From an uncultured Candidatus Saccharibacteria bacterium (GTDB lineage: Bacteria; Patescibacteriota; Minisyncoccia; Phycocordibacterales; JABMNX01): a stretch of DNA of 64,000 nt. Location of the stretch: assembly GCA_964575755.1 (NCBI GenBank), contig CAZNRH010000003.1, positions 2,303 to 66,302 on the forward strand, in the 5' to 3' direction. The number at the start of each line of letters is the position of its first letter. Position 1 is the first letter of the stretch. The notes beneath the pieces are model-generated. The model was not told the DNA's origin. It saw nothing but the letters and a program-made list of their open reading frames with translations, and did not search any database. Below, piece after piece: positions 1-10,028 of this stretch. Made by a program: the position numbers and the translations under genes.

Positions 1-2
1 AA

Positions 3-635
3 CATATACATGGCAAGCGGTTTTTGTGGAAACTATCTGGGAGGGAGAAAATCAATCGGGAGATATCTGAAGTGTTGTCATATACTCATACTAGGAAGAC
101 AGTACCAACTCCAAAGGAGCGGGTAATAGACTTTAGCGACACGCTTCGTATTGAATTGTTTTCTGGGTTAGGCGATATTGCTGGAGTAATTAAAGAGGCA
201 TTTCAGCTACATAAAACAGAGAGACTTCTTATTATAGAGAATGCGTCTGCAACTGCGAATATTATAAGAAAGCATTCTTCAGAGTATATTATATCTATTA
301 ATAAAATCTCAGAGAAACATCACGTAATTAGTGAAGGGATTATTACAGAAGGAGTACTGAAAGAATTGCAAGCCTTTAATAAGAAAAATCCACTATGGGG
401 GAAGAGTTTTTTAAAGCGTATGTTTGATGTACGTGTCGTTGAAAGTTCGATTCTAGATAACCTAAAAGGGAATCTTTCAATTTATCGTGACGTAGTATTG
501 ATTACTGATTGGGATAAAGAAACATTGATACGTATTAAAAATCGTGAGACAGTAGCATTAATTACCACAATGTTTCGTGCACTTCAAGAAACAGGAAAGA
601 AAGTAAACATACAAACTCTTTTTGAAAAATCATAA
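3..635 (+). CDS. hypothetical protein, probably 5'-truncated by the window edge
   Basis: The frame of ORF 24..635 is open back to position 3; no recognisable motif. Confidence 0.55.
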   Translation, partial: HIHGKRFLWKLSGREKINREISEVLSYTHTRKTVPTPKERVIDFSDTLRIELFSGLGDIAGVIKEAFQLHKTERLLIIENASATANIIRKHSSEYIISINKISEKHHVISEGIITEGVLKELQAFNKKNPLWGKSFLKRMFDVRVVESSILDNLKGNLSIYRDVVLITDWDKETLIRIKNRETVALITTMFRALQETGKKVNIQTLFEKS

Positions 636-703
636 TCACGTTTTCAACTGTGTAACGGTAAATCTATGCTAATAAACTGATATAATGTTTTATAAGTTGA
701 ACT

Positions 704-2452
704 ATGTATATAAATGAAAAACAATTAAAAGAATTTATTCTTGATTCTGGTTTGGTATCTAAGAAAGCTTTTAAGGAAGCTGAAAAGGAGGCCAAGAAAA
801 AAGACCAATCTGTGGGCGATATTCTTGTAAGTAATGGAGACTTCACAGAAGACGATTTGCGCAGAACACAGGCGTACATCCTCGGCATACCTTTTGTGAA
901 TCTTCAGAACAAGCGAATAGATACTGAGGTACTCTCTCTTATTCCTGAACCAATTGCTAGAAATCATAACATTATTGCGTATAAAAAAACCGAAGACAGT
1001 CTTGAGGTTGCCATGTTAAACACTGACAACTTAACTGCAATCGATTTTGTTAAAAAGAAAGTGCGTTTAAAGATATTGCCACGACTTACTGACGCAGGTT
1101 CTATTAAGTCGGCACTCAAGCAGTACCAGAAAAGTCTTAAAGACGAGTTTGGTGACATTATTATGCGTGAGACTGCGTCACTCAAAGGGTTTTCTGGTGA
1201 AGAAGAGAACATGTCTGGCGAGGATCTTAAAAAGCTCGCAGAAGATTTGCCCGTAGTACGTATTGTTGATTCACTTCTTCGCCATGCAGTGAATCAAAAT
1301 GCATCGGATATTCATATTGAGCCGATGGATGATCAGGTTTTGATTCGCTATCGTATTGATGGCATCTTGCATGACGCAATGACTCTCCCTAAAAGTGCGG
1401 CGCCATCTATAACTGCTCGAATTAAAGTTCTCTCAAGTTTAAAACTTGATGAGAAGAGACTGCCACAAGACGGTCGTTTTAAGATGGAGACTGGAAATGA
1501 ACGAGTATCATTTCGTGTTTCTGTATTACCAACATATTACGGAGAAAAGACAGTGATGAGACTTTTACGTGAAGATATTTCTGGATTCACGCTCGAAGGT
1601 TTAGGATTCCACGGTGAAGGACTCGAGAAGATTCATAAAGCAACACGTCGTAAGACAGGAATGATACTGACAACAGGTCCAACAGGCTCTGGTAAGACCA
1701 CAACCCTATATACAATATTAGATATTTTAAATACAACAGATGTAAATATTTCTACTATCGAAGATCCTATCGAATATCAAATGCCAAGGATAAACCAAAC
1801 GCAGGTTAAACCAGATATCGGTTTCACTTTTGCGACAGGGCTCCGTGCTCTTGTACGACAAGATCCAGATGTGATTATGGTGGGGGAGATACGAGACAAT
1901 GAGACAGCATCTCTTGCTATCAATGCAGCCTTGACTGGCCACTTAGTTCTCTCAACGCTCCACACAAACTCTGCAGCTGGAGCTATGCCACGTCTTATGG
2001 ATATGGATTCGGAACCATTTTTGATTGTTTCTACGATAGAAGTAATTATCGGACAGCGTTTGGTTCGACAACTTTGTGACTCAAAAAAAGAGTACATCTT
2101 AACTGATTCAGAAATAAAGAAGCTTGAGAAGGTAGTTGATTTAGACACGGTATTAAAGGCGCTTAAGGAAGAAAAAATAGTAGATAAAAAAGCAACATGG
2201 AAAAGTATTCCTTTTTATAAAGAAGTGTCATCACAAGAATGTGAGGACGGGTTTAGTGGAAGACTTGGTATCCATGAGATTTTGTACATGTCAGATACGA
2301 TTAAAGGTCTGATAATGAAGGGCGCAACTTCAGAGGAGATAGAAGCACAAGCAAAGAGTGATGGCATGATGACTATGATAGAAGATGGAATATTTAAAGC
2401 CGCAAGAGGTATTACGACTATTGAAGAGGTGCTGCGTGTTATTTCTGAATAG
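704..2452 (+). CDS. pilB: type IV pilus assembly ATPase PilB/GspE
   Basis: ASDIHIEP, RLPQDGR, Walker A GPTGSGKTT, TIEDPIEY, RQDPDVIMVGEIRD, TGHLVLSTLHTN. Confidence 0.95.
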   Translation: MYINEKQLKEFILDSGLVSKKAFKEAEKEAKKKDQSVGDILVSNGDFTEDDLRRTQAYILGIPFVNLQNKRIDTEVLSLIPEPIARNHNIIAYKKTEDSLEVAMLNTDNLTAIDFVKKKVRLKILPRLTDAGSIKSALKQYQKSLKDEFGDIIMRETASLKGFSGEEENMSGEDLKKLAEDLPVVRIVDSLLRHAVNQNASDIHIEPMDDQVLIRYRIDGILHDAMTLPKSAAPSITARIKVLSSLKLDEKRLPQDGRFKMETGNERVSFRVSVLPTYYGEKTVMRLLREDISGFTLEGLGFHGEGLEKIHKATRRKTGMILTTGPTGSGKTTTLYTILDILNTTDVNISTIEDPIEYQMPRINQTQVKPDIGFTFATGLRALVRQDPDVIMVGEIRDNETASLAINAALTGHLVLSTLHTNSAAGAMPRLMDMDSEPFLIVSTIEVIIGQRLVRQLCDSKKEYILTDSEIKKLEKVVDLDTVLKALKEEKIVDKKATWKSIPFYKEVSSQECEDGFSGRLGIHEILYMSDTIKGLIMKGATSEEIEAQAKSDGMMTMIEDGIFKAARGITTIEEVLRVISE

Positions 2453-2572
2453 AACGTGCGTTATTGGCGGATTTCTTTGTCACACTTCACTGAATGTCAC
2501 TCGCAGTATGTCTATACAGCTTGCTCTACTTAGCTCGTGCTCCTCGAACTACACCAATGACGCACGTTCTAG
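2450..2572 (+). mobile_element. stop-codon-anchored hairpin element (RPE/ERIC-like), copy 1
   Basis: TAGAACGTGCGTTATTGG ... CCAATGACGCACGTTCTA inverted repeat (17/18); TAG at both ends; left end is the pilB stop. Confidence 0.7.
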
Positions 2573-2683
2573 ATGATACACGTACACTGAATATATTGAA
2601 TGTAGTAAGTTACAAGTAAGAAATGTCAAGTAATGCTATAATTTTTAAATAACTTTCAACTTGATAACTTTTAACTATTTTCC

Positions 2684-3895
2684 ATGCGGTTTATATACAA
2701 AATAAAAAATAAAGACGGAGAGATAATAGAAAGCACTGCAACTGCTCGTGATAAGTTTGAATTGTACGATCAAATTAGAAAAGAAGGCTCGGAAGTAATT
2801 GAAGTGCGCGAACATGGCAAGAACAAATTCTCAATGGATAGGTTTAATGAGATTTTCGGCACAATTAAAGAGCATGAAAAAGTCATCTTAACTCGTAATC
2901 TAGGTGCAATGATAGGTGCAGGACTCTCACTGACAAGAGCTATTACGGTACTCGAGCGTCAAACTAAAAACCAAAAATTAAAAATGGTTCTCGCTGGAAT
3001 TAACAGTGATATAAAAAAGGGTGGCAATTTCCACACTGCATTAAAAAAGTTCCCCAAAGTATTTACACAACTTTTTGTATCCATGGTTCGCGCTGGTGAA
3101 GAGAGCGGTAAGTTATCGGGAGCACTTGATCTCATAGGCGCACAGTTAGAGCGCTCATACACGCTTAAAAAGAAAATAAAAGGAGCGATGATGTACCCGA
3201 GTATTATAATGGTTGCGATGATAATAATTGCCGTGTTGATGCTTATCTTTGTGGTACCAACTTTAACTCAAACATTTGGTGAGCTTGGTGCAGATTTACC
3301 TAAAAGTACGCAAACTATAATCATGGCAAGTGATTTCTTTATACAGCACACGATACTTGCAATAACAATACCAATCGCATTTGTCACTTTTATAATGTAT
3401 GTATTAAAGACAACAAGAGGACGAAGAGCATTTCATTTTATACTGTTGCATACTCCAATAATTGGTGGATTAGTAAAAGAGATTCAGTCAGCACGTACAG
3501 CCAGGACCCTAGCGTCACTCCTCTCGTCTGGAGTTGAGATAGTTACATCTATTTCTATTACTTCAGAGGTGATGCAAAACTCGTATTATAAAGATGTGCT
3601 CTCTCAAGCGCAAAATGACGTGCAAGAAGGCTCGCCTCTGTCGAGAGCATTTACAGAGAATGAACATCTCTATCCAATACTTGTGGGCGAGATGATTTCA
3701 GTTGGAGAGGAGACAGGTAAACTGCCAGATATGCTTCTGCGTGTTGCTGAGTTTTATGAATCAGAGGTTGAGCAAAAAACGAAAGACATGTCTACTATTA
3801 TTGAGCCGTTTCTGATGATTATTATAGGGGCGTTTGTTGGATTCTTTGCTTTGTCTATGATTTCTCCAATATATTCACTTTCAGAAAGTATTTAG
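2684..3895 (+). CDS. pilC: type IV pilus inner-membrane platform protein PilC/GspF
   Basis: Two T2SSF repeats (AGEESGKL, VGEETGKL), KKIKGAMMYP, IIEPFLM, three TM segments. Confidence 0.95.
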   Translation: MRFIYKIKNKDGEIIESTATARDKFELYDQIRKEGSEVIEVREHGKNKFSMDRFNEIFGTIKEHEKVILTRNLGAMIGAGLSLTRAITVLERQTKNQKLKMVLAGINSDIKKGGNFHTALKKFPKVFTQLFVSMVRAGEESGKLSGALDLIGAQLERSYTLKKKIKGAMMYPSIIMVAMIIIAVLMLIFVVPTLTQTFGELGADLPKSTQTIIMASDFFIQHTILAITIPIAFVTFIMYVLKTTRGRRAFHFILLHTPIIGGLVKEIQSARTARTLASLLSSGVEIVTSISITSEVMQNSYYKDVLSQAQNDVQEGSPLSRAFTENEHLYPILVGEMISVGEETGKLPDMLLRVAEFYESEVEQKTKDMSTIIEPFLMIIIGAFVGFFALSMISPIYSLSESI

Positions 3896-3930
3896 AAAAT
3901 ATTATGAACGTAGTGAATTAGATTTTCTTA

Positions 3931-3991
3931 ACCCTGTTAAATCTTTTGCAAAGCAAAAGGAAAAATATGAAAGATTTTTCCTTAACGGGGT
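3931..3991. repeat. short inverted-repeat element of the CCCCGTTA...TAACGGGG type
   Basis: ACCCTGTTAA...TTAACGGGGT (9/10 IR) enclosing the hairpin CTTTTGCAAAGCAAAAG. Confidence 0.55.
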
Positions 3992-4035
3992 ACAAGATTT
4001 CCTAACTTATTTTTGTTCAGTAGGCAAAACTTATA

Positions 4036-5364
4036 ATGTCACACATTCAAAACAAACAAAAAGGGACGACATTACTGGATGTTGTTTTTGGCACAGCATT
4101 ACTTCTGATTGTGTTTGTTGGGCTGTATGGAGTATTTCAGCTTACTCTCGAATTAGTGCAGAGTTCTAAATCTAAAACAGGTGCACTTACTCTTGCTAGT
4201 GAACGCATGGAGTTTATTCGTAGTCTCAATTATGATGACGTCGGTACGGTTGGCGGTATCCCGCAAGGAGTGCTCACTGCGGAAGAAAACAATACATTGA
4301 ATGGAATTCCATATACTAAAAAGACGTTTGTTCAATATGTCGACGCTGTAGAAGACGGAGTTGGTGGCTCTGATTCAAATGGAATAACAACAGACTATAA
4401 ACTCGTAAAAGTTACTATAGAATGGCTATTTCGAGGGGACGCACGTTCATTTTCTCTTGTAACAAATGTTACACCTCAAGGTATAGAATCGGTTGTTGGT
4501 GGCGGCACACTGCGCATTAATGTGCTTGATTCTTATGGTTCACCGGTGCCAAGCGCTCAAGTAAATCTTATAAATAACGCACTTAATCCATCTGTTTCTG
4601 TTTCGACATTTTCAAATATAAGTGGAGTTGTGGAGTTTCCTGGAGCCCCTTCGTCAAGTAGTTATGAGATTTCCATAAGTAAATCAGGGTTAAATAGCGC
4701 ACAGACATACTCTGTTGGAGGTCTAAACGTGAACCCAAATCCAGGACACTTAACAGTCGTAGAGGCACAGACAACATCTTCAACTTTTTACATAGACACT
4801 ACTGGCTCAGCAACAGTGCGCACTTTTGAAGCAGGTACAACAACACCACTTCAAAGTATTGACCTATCAATTGCTGGCAATAAAACGATAGGAACAGATG
4901 GAATAGATGATCCTATATATAAGTATAGCTCAGACATTAATACAGGCTCTTTAGGAAGCATTTTGCTAGAGGATCTTGAGTGGGATAATTACACAATCAC
5001 CATAGATAGTGGCGCAACAGGATACGAAATAGCACAGACGTGCGAACCTCAACCATTTGCACTTGCGCCATCAGAAAATAAGGTTGTAGATATGCATCTT
5101 ACTGACAGCTCCACGCATTATATTATTGTGGATGTTACCGATAGTATCGGTAACGATCTTGGTGGAGCAAATGTACGTTTGTATAATGGAGGATATAACA
5201 CTACGTTTTCAACTGATGACTGTGGACTGACTTCATTTAGTAATTCTTCTTCATGGGGTTCGTATTCGATAGATGTATCGCTTTCTGGATATACACCACA
5301 AACAGTGAATAGTGTTGACGCAAGTAGAATATCAAACTTGAGTATCGTGCTAAACAGTATCTAA
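4036..5364 (+). CDS. minor pilin (PilV-like N-terminus) with beta-rich carboxypeptidase-regulatory-like repeats
   Basis: Prepilin-type KG|TTLLDVVF followed by a hydrophobic helix; S/T/G-rich beta domains (V.DS.G.P...A.V.L). Confidence 0.75.
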   Translation: MSHIQNKQKGTTLLDVVFGTALLLIVFVGLYGVFQLTLELVQSSKSKTGALTLASERMEFIRSLNYDDVGTVGGIPQGVLTAEENNTLNGIPYTKKTFVQYVDAVEDGVGGSDSNGITTDYKLVKVTIEWLFRGDARSFSLVTNVTPQGIESVVGGGTLRINVLDSYGSPVPSAQVNLINNALNPSVSVSTFSNISGVVEFPGAPSSSSYEISISKSGLNSAQTYSVGGLNVNPNPGHLTVVEAQTTSSTFYIDTTGSATVRTFEAGTTTPLQSIDLSIAGNKTIGTDGIDDPIYKYSSDINTGSLGSILLEDLEWDNYTITIDSGATGYEIAQTCEPQPFALAPSENKVVDMHLTDSSTHYIIVDVTDSIGNDLGGANVRLYNGGYNTTFSTDDCGLTSFSNSSSWGSYSIDVSLSGYTPQTVNSVDASRISNLSIVLNSI

Positions 5365-5365
5365 A

Positions 5366-5983
5366 ATGAAACAATTAGTAACTAATAATTATAAACTGAG
5401 GACTAAATATGGGTTTACTCTTATAGAGACGCTCGTGGTCATCACCATCACCATCACCATTATTGGTGCACTCGTTTCATCAATTAGCTTTTTTTATAAA
5501 TCTAATACAAATGCACTTGAGCAATCTTTTGCTATTAACAGTGCTCGTATTGGAATAGAAAGGATAGTTAAAGATATTCGGGAAGCGTCTTTTTCTGATG
5601 AGGGAGCATATCCAGTTATTGCCATGGCTACATCATCGTTTAGTTTTTATAGTGATATAGACAGTGATATCTTTGTTGAAAAGGTAAGATATTTTATTGA
5701 TGGCACTAATTTAAATAAAGGGGTTATAAACTCTTCTGGAGATCCACTTATATATAATAGTAATAATGAAGTTGTTTCTCTTGTCTCAGACAATGTTCGA
5801 AATAATGTAGAGCTGATAGACCTCTTTGTGTTTTTTGATGAATCAGGTGTGGTGATGACAGACATGTCAGATGCGACAGCATTAAGGTTCGTGACAGTGA
5901 AAGTTTCCGTTGACGTTAATCTAGCACGTTTACCAGAGAGTTTTGTACTTAACTCAAGTGCAACACTACGTAATGTAAGATAG
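5366..5983 (+). CDS. minor pilin (PilW/GspJ-like)
   Basis: G|FTLIE N-methylation motif, hydrophobic helix, ..IVKDIREA. Confidence 0.85.
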   Translation: MKQLVTNNYKLRTKYGFTLIETLVVITITITIIGALVSSISFFYKSNTNALEQSFAINSARIGIERIVKDIREASFSDEGAYPVIAMATSSFSFYSDIDSDIFVEKVRYFIDGTNLNKGVINSSGDPLIYNSNNEVVSLVSDNVRNNVELIDLFVFFDESGVVMTDMSDATALRFVTVKVSVDVNLARLPESFVLNSSATLRNVR

Positions 5984-6034
5984 GTATCATTTTTCAGAAA
6001 AAATGAAAACAAAAATGAAAACAAAAGAATTATG

Positions 6035-6180
6035 CTCCCTGTTTGCCCAAGCTTTGCTTGGATACAAACAGCAGTGCAGAGCCTCCCTGTTTGCCCAAGC
6101 TTTGCTTGGATACAAACAGCAGTGCAGAGCCTCCCTGTTTGCCCAAGAGCGAAGCGATTGGTTGGCAAACAGCAGTGCAG
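6035..6180. repeat. 48-bp tandem hairpin repeat (2 identical copies plus 1 diverged copy)
   Basis: Unit CTCCCTGTTTGCCCAAGCTTTGCTTGGATACAAACAGCAGTGCAGAGC starts at 6035 and 6083; the 6131 copy carries GCGAAGC. Confidence 0.9.
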
Positions 6181-6200
6181 TGAGGTCTTCAGACCGAGTC

Positions 6201-7619
6201 GTGAATAAGGAATTAGGAATTAAAAAATATAAAAACAGAGGATACGTAACCATGCTGGTTCTTGTTTTTGCTGGCGTCTTTTTTACAATAGTGTCGGCGC
6301 TTTCAGGTTTTGTTTTTTTACAAAATAAAGTGCAGATTGCAAAAGAAAATAGAGAAAAAGCTTTTCAGATAGCTGAAGCAGGGCTAGATTATTACAAATG
6401 GTTCTTGGCACATTTTCCTAACGACTTAAAAGACGGGACAGGGACGTCTGGTCCGTATGTGCATTCTTACTCAGACCCAGAAGGTGGTGTGGTGGGGAAT
6501 TTCTCTCTTGATATTACTGGTAATACACAGTGTGGAATAGTTACCTCAATAAACATAACCTCGACAGGGGTATCCGATAACGACACCACTCTAGAGAGAG
6601 AGCTATTCGCGAAATATTCCAGACCATCAGTAGCAGAGTACTCTTTCATCCTAAATACAAATGATTGGAAGAAAGACCAGACTATCCTTGGTAAGTATCA
6701 CTCGAACAATGGAGTTCGCATGGACGCAGATAATAAATCGTTAGTGAGTAGCTCGGTAGCAAGTTGGACATGTACATCATCTCGCGGATGTGACCCTGAC
6801 TCAACCGAGGACGGCATCTTTGGAATTGGTGACAGTGCTCTATGGCAGTTTCCTGTACCTCAGATTGACTTTAATGGTATTACTGCTGATTTATCTTCAA
6901 TGAAGAATTTGGCACAAAATAGTGGTGGGATTTATCTCGGTGATTCAGGTGCAGAGGGATATCATATTTATCTACAAAGCGATGGAACGTTTGATGTATA
7001 TAGAGTTGATACTGTTGGAGATGGTTATTGGGCATATAGCTCACAGTGGACGTGGGAGATAGAAAACAATAAAGTTCTTTCGGAGACATTTCTTCAAACA
7101 TACACACCACCAGCAGATTGTAGTTTAGTTTTTGTGGAGGATATGTTGTGGTTGGAGGGTACAGTGAAAGGTAAACTAACAATTGTGTCAGCAGACTTAG
7201 TTAATTCAAATATTGAAACAGATATATATTTAGTAAACAATATAGAATACTCAACTTTAGTTGGTACAGATGGGTTAACAGTAATTGCGGAAGAGGATAT
7301 ATTATTATCTCCTGTAGTTCCAGACGATATGTCCATTCGAGGTATTTTTATAGCTCAAACAGGTCATTTTGGAAGAAATTACTACCACCCTGACAATGGA
7401 TATAGTGTAAGTGAGTCGTATCAGAATTCTTTTACAATAAATGGCTCAATTATTTCAAATGGACGTTCGTCAACTAGGTGGGATTGCCCAGATTATTGTT
7501 CAGGGTTTAATACGCGTAATAACTCATATGATCAGACACAGGCAAATAATCCTCCACCCTTAACTCCGTATACTAGTGATGATTTTAGGTTTGTTCAGTG
7601 GAGAGAAGAAACTTTATAG
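6201..7619 (+). CDS. PilX-like minor pilin (start uncertain: GTG 6201 or ATG 6003)
   Basis: RG|YVTMLVLVF hydrophobic helix, A..IAEAGL PilX N-terminal motif, Cys-containing beta-rich C-terminus. Confidence 0.8.
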   Translation: MNKELGIKKYKNRGYVTMLVLVFAGVFFTIVSALSGFVFLQNKVQIAKENREKAFQIAEAGLDYYKWFLAHFPNDLKDGTGTSGPYVHSYSDPEGGVVGNFSLDITGNTQCGIVTSINITSTGVSDNDTTLERELFAKYSRPSVAEYSFILNTNDWKKDQTILGKYHSNNGVRMDADNKSLVSSSVASWTCTSSRGCDPDSTEDGIFGIGDSALWQFPVPQIDFNGITADLSSMKNLAQNSGGIYLGDSGAEGYHIYLQSDGTFDVYRVDTVGDGYWAYSSQWTWEIENNKVLSETFLQTYTPPADCSLVFVEDMLWLEGTVKGKLTIVSADLVNSNIETDIYLVNNIEYSTLVGTDGLTVIAEEDILLSPVVPDDMSIRGIFIAQTGHFGRNYYHPDNGYSVSESYQNSFTINGSIISNGRSSTRWDCPDYCSGFNTRNNSYDQTQANNPPPLTPYTSDDFRFVQWREETL

Positions 7620-7640
7620 TAGTGTGATACAATTCGAGAT

Positions 7641-7767
7641 GTATGAATCCCGAACGAAATCGCGGACACAAACATAATATATAATAAATAAGTCGATAAT
7701 TAACAAAAGATTTAATCTAGTGACAAGGATTGTTTAAGTCCGTGTCCTATTTTGTACGGGATGAAAA
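7641..7767. mobile_element. MITE-like element inserted in the tpiA start codon
   Basis: ATGAA|TCCCGAACGAAAT...ATTTTGTACGGG|ATGAA; 124/127 identical to 8535..8661. Confidence 0.8.
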
Positions 7768-8525
7768 AGATAATCATAGCCAACTGGAAGATGAATCCTG
7801 AAAGTGCCACAAAGGCAAAGGAACTCTTTATTGGAGTGAAGCAGGTAGCAAGTAAGCTTTCAAACGTAAAGACTGTTATAGCTACTCCGTTTGTATATTT
7901 ATCAGAGATTAGCAAATTATATCGTGGACATAGAATCGAGTTTGCAGCACAAGATGTATTTTGGGAGAAAAGAGGCTCATTTACTGGAGAGGTAAGCAGT
8001 GCGATGCTTAAAGACAGTGGGGCGACGCATGTCATAGTTGGTCATTCAGAGCGTCGTCTACTTGGCGAAGCAGATGTAGAGGTAAATCAAAAAGTTCTCG
8101 CTTCTACTCAAGCAGGTTTGACTGTTATACTTTGTATTGGCGAATCAGATCGCGATCATAGAGACGGCACACATCTTTCTTTTTTAACCTCACAGTTAGA
8201 ATCAGCACTTAAGGGTATATCTAAAAATAGACTTTCAAAAATTATAATTGCATATGAACCAATTTGGGCAATAGGTAAAAGTGAAGCTGATGCCATGAAG
8301 GGAGATGAGCTTCACGAGACAGTACTTTTTATTAGGAAAGTATTAACAGGTATCTTTGGAAAGAATCTTGCATTCAAAGTTCCTATTTTATACGGCGGGT
8401 CAGCAGGAAAGAGTAATACAGAAGTGTTACTTACCGAAGGTATGGTGGATGGGTTATTGGTAGGGCATGCAAGTCTGAAAATAGCTGAGTTTAGTGATAT
8501 GTTGAAGATAGCGCAAAAAATTTAG
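7761..8525 (+). CDS. tpiA: triosephosphate isomerase
   Basis: IIANWKMN, GSFTGEVS, GHSERR, AYEPIWAIG, ILYGGS. Confidence 0.97.
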   Translation: MKKIIIANWKMNPESATKAKELFIGVKQVASKLSNVKTVIATPFVYLSEISKLYRGHRIEFAAQDVFWEKRGSFTGEVSSAMLKDSGATHVIVGHSERRLLGEADVEVNQKVLASTQAGLTVILCIGESDRDHRDGTHLSFLTSQLESALKGISKNRLSKIIIAYEPIWAIGKSEADAMKGDELHETVLFIRKVLTGIFGKNLAFKVPILYGGSAGKSNTEVLLTEGMVDGLLVGHASLKIAEFSDMLKIAQKI

Positions 8526-8534
8526 TAAAAAATA

Positions 8535-8661
8535 GTATGAATCCCGAACGAAATCGTGGACACAAACATAATATATGATAAATAAGTCGATAATTAACAA
8601 AAGATTTAATCTAGTGACAAGGATTGTTTAAGTCCGTGTCCTATTCTGTACGGGATGAAAA
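8535..8661. mobile_element. MITE-like element inserted in the pgk start codon
   Basis: Near-identical copy of 7641..7767 with the same ATGAA duplication. Confidence 0.8.
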
Positions 8662-9755
8662 GTATTAAAGATGCAGGAGACGTAAAAGGAAAGAGAGTAC
8701 TTGTTCGAATTGATATTGATGACTCTGGAGTGAGTGCACTCCCCACTAATGCGCTTAAACCAACACTTTCTTATCTTAAAATGGCAGGTGCACGCGTCAT
8801 CCTTTTAGGGCATGTAGGACGTGACGGCAGTGTGTCTTCACGTAAGATTTTTGAAATACTAAAGAAAGAAATAGAGATTAGTTTTATTCCAGACATCGTT
8901 GGAGAAGTAGCCAGAGCAAGCATTAATGAAATGAAAGATGGGGAAGTCGTCTTGTTAGAAAATGTACGTGGCGACACAAGAGAAATGGAAAATGACGAAA
9001 CTTTTTCAAAAGAACTCGCAAGCCTAGCTGACATATATGTAAATGATGCCTTTGCAGTTTCACACAGAGAGCATGCATCACTTACTGGTATAACAAAACA
9101 TTTACCCAGTTATGCAGGACTTCGTTTACTAGAAGAAATAGAGGAGCTCTCTAAAGCCATTAACCCAAAGTCTCCATCCATTTTTATTATCAGTGGAGCA
9201 AAGATAAAGACTAAATTGCCTCTAATAGAAAAATTTATAGAAGTATATGACTATGTATTTGTAGGAGGAGTTCTTGCAAATAACTTCTTTGAAGCTAAAG
9301 GGTTTGAGATTGGCACATCAGTTGTGTCAGATGAGAATATTGATATATCACACCTACTTAATAATGAAAAAGTTCTAATACCAACTGACGTTGTTGTAGA
9401 AGTTGATGGAAAGTCATTAATAAAAAAAGCAGACGGGGTATTAAAAGAAGAAAAAATAGTAGATGCCGGTCCAGAGACTGTCTTAATGCTTAAAGAAAAA
9501 ATTAAAGACATGAACAGTGTTGTATGGAATGGTCCGCTTGGAGAGTATGAGCGTGGTTTTGATACAGCCACCAAAGACTTAGCGCTTGGTATTGCAGAAA
9601 GCCACGCCTATTCAATCGCAGGTGGTGGAGACACTCTTAACGCAATCGCAGATCTCAATATAGAGGAGAAGTTCTCATTTGTCTCAACTGGCGGAGGTGC
9701 AATGCTTGCGTTTTTACTACATGGAACATTGTCTGCAATTGAAGCCTTAAAATAG
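8655..9755 (+). CDS. pgk: phosphoglycerate kinase
   Basis: GKRVLVR.D, LLENVR, YVNDAF..SHR.HAS, WNGPLG, GGGDT, STGGGA. Confidence 0.95.
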   Translation: MKSIKDAGDVKGKRVLVRIDIDDSGVSALPTNALKPTLSYLKMAGARVILLGHVGRDGSVSSRKIFEILKKEIEISFIPDIVGEVARASINEMKDGEVVLLENVRGDTREMENDETFSKELASLADIYVNDAFAVSHREHASLTGITKHLPSYAGLRLLEEIEELSKAINPKSPSIFIISGAKIKTKLPLIEKFIEVYDYVFVGGVLANNFFEAKGFEIGTSVVSDENIDISHLLNNEKVLIPTDVVVEVDGKSLIKKADGVLKEEKIVDAGPETVLMLKEKIKDMNSVVWNGPLGEYERGFDTATKDLALGIAESHAYSIAGGGDTLNAIADLNIEEKFSFVSTGGGAMLAFLLHGTLSAIEALK

Positions 9756-10028
9756 CATAAGATTTGTGCTCCAGTCTATATTTGTGTATTCTAAAAATAG
9801 GCAACGTCTTTTTGGAGGAGGATTGAAATGGTCATAGGAAGAATGCATACATCTAAACCGTCTAAGAAATTAAATTCGTCGCAGTTCGTAATGATCTTTT
9901 TTGGTATTTGTGCAGTGCTTGTTTTTCTATTTATTATAGTTGTTGAATTCAGGGGAACGTAAACACAAACTGATTTACCGAGTTCGACAGTTGAAAGTTT
10001 AAAGACGACCTTAAAAAGGTCGTCTTTT

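Noticed and set aside
2385-2576. 63-aa ORF overlapping the pilB end
   Set aside because: It is a shifted frame running through the hairpin element; no protein-like features
5439-5461. (CATCAC)n repeat as a phase-variation tract
   Set aside because: The 6-bp unit keeps the frame and only encodes ITITIT in the pilin helix
6035-6180. Possible CRISPR array
   Set aside because: Units are contiguous with no unique spacers, and there are no cas genes in the window
5647-6253. Minus-strand ORFs with repeated peptides (173 aa and 88 aa)
   Set aside because: Antisense translations of the 48-bp tandem repeat and the pilin genes
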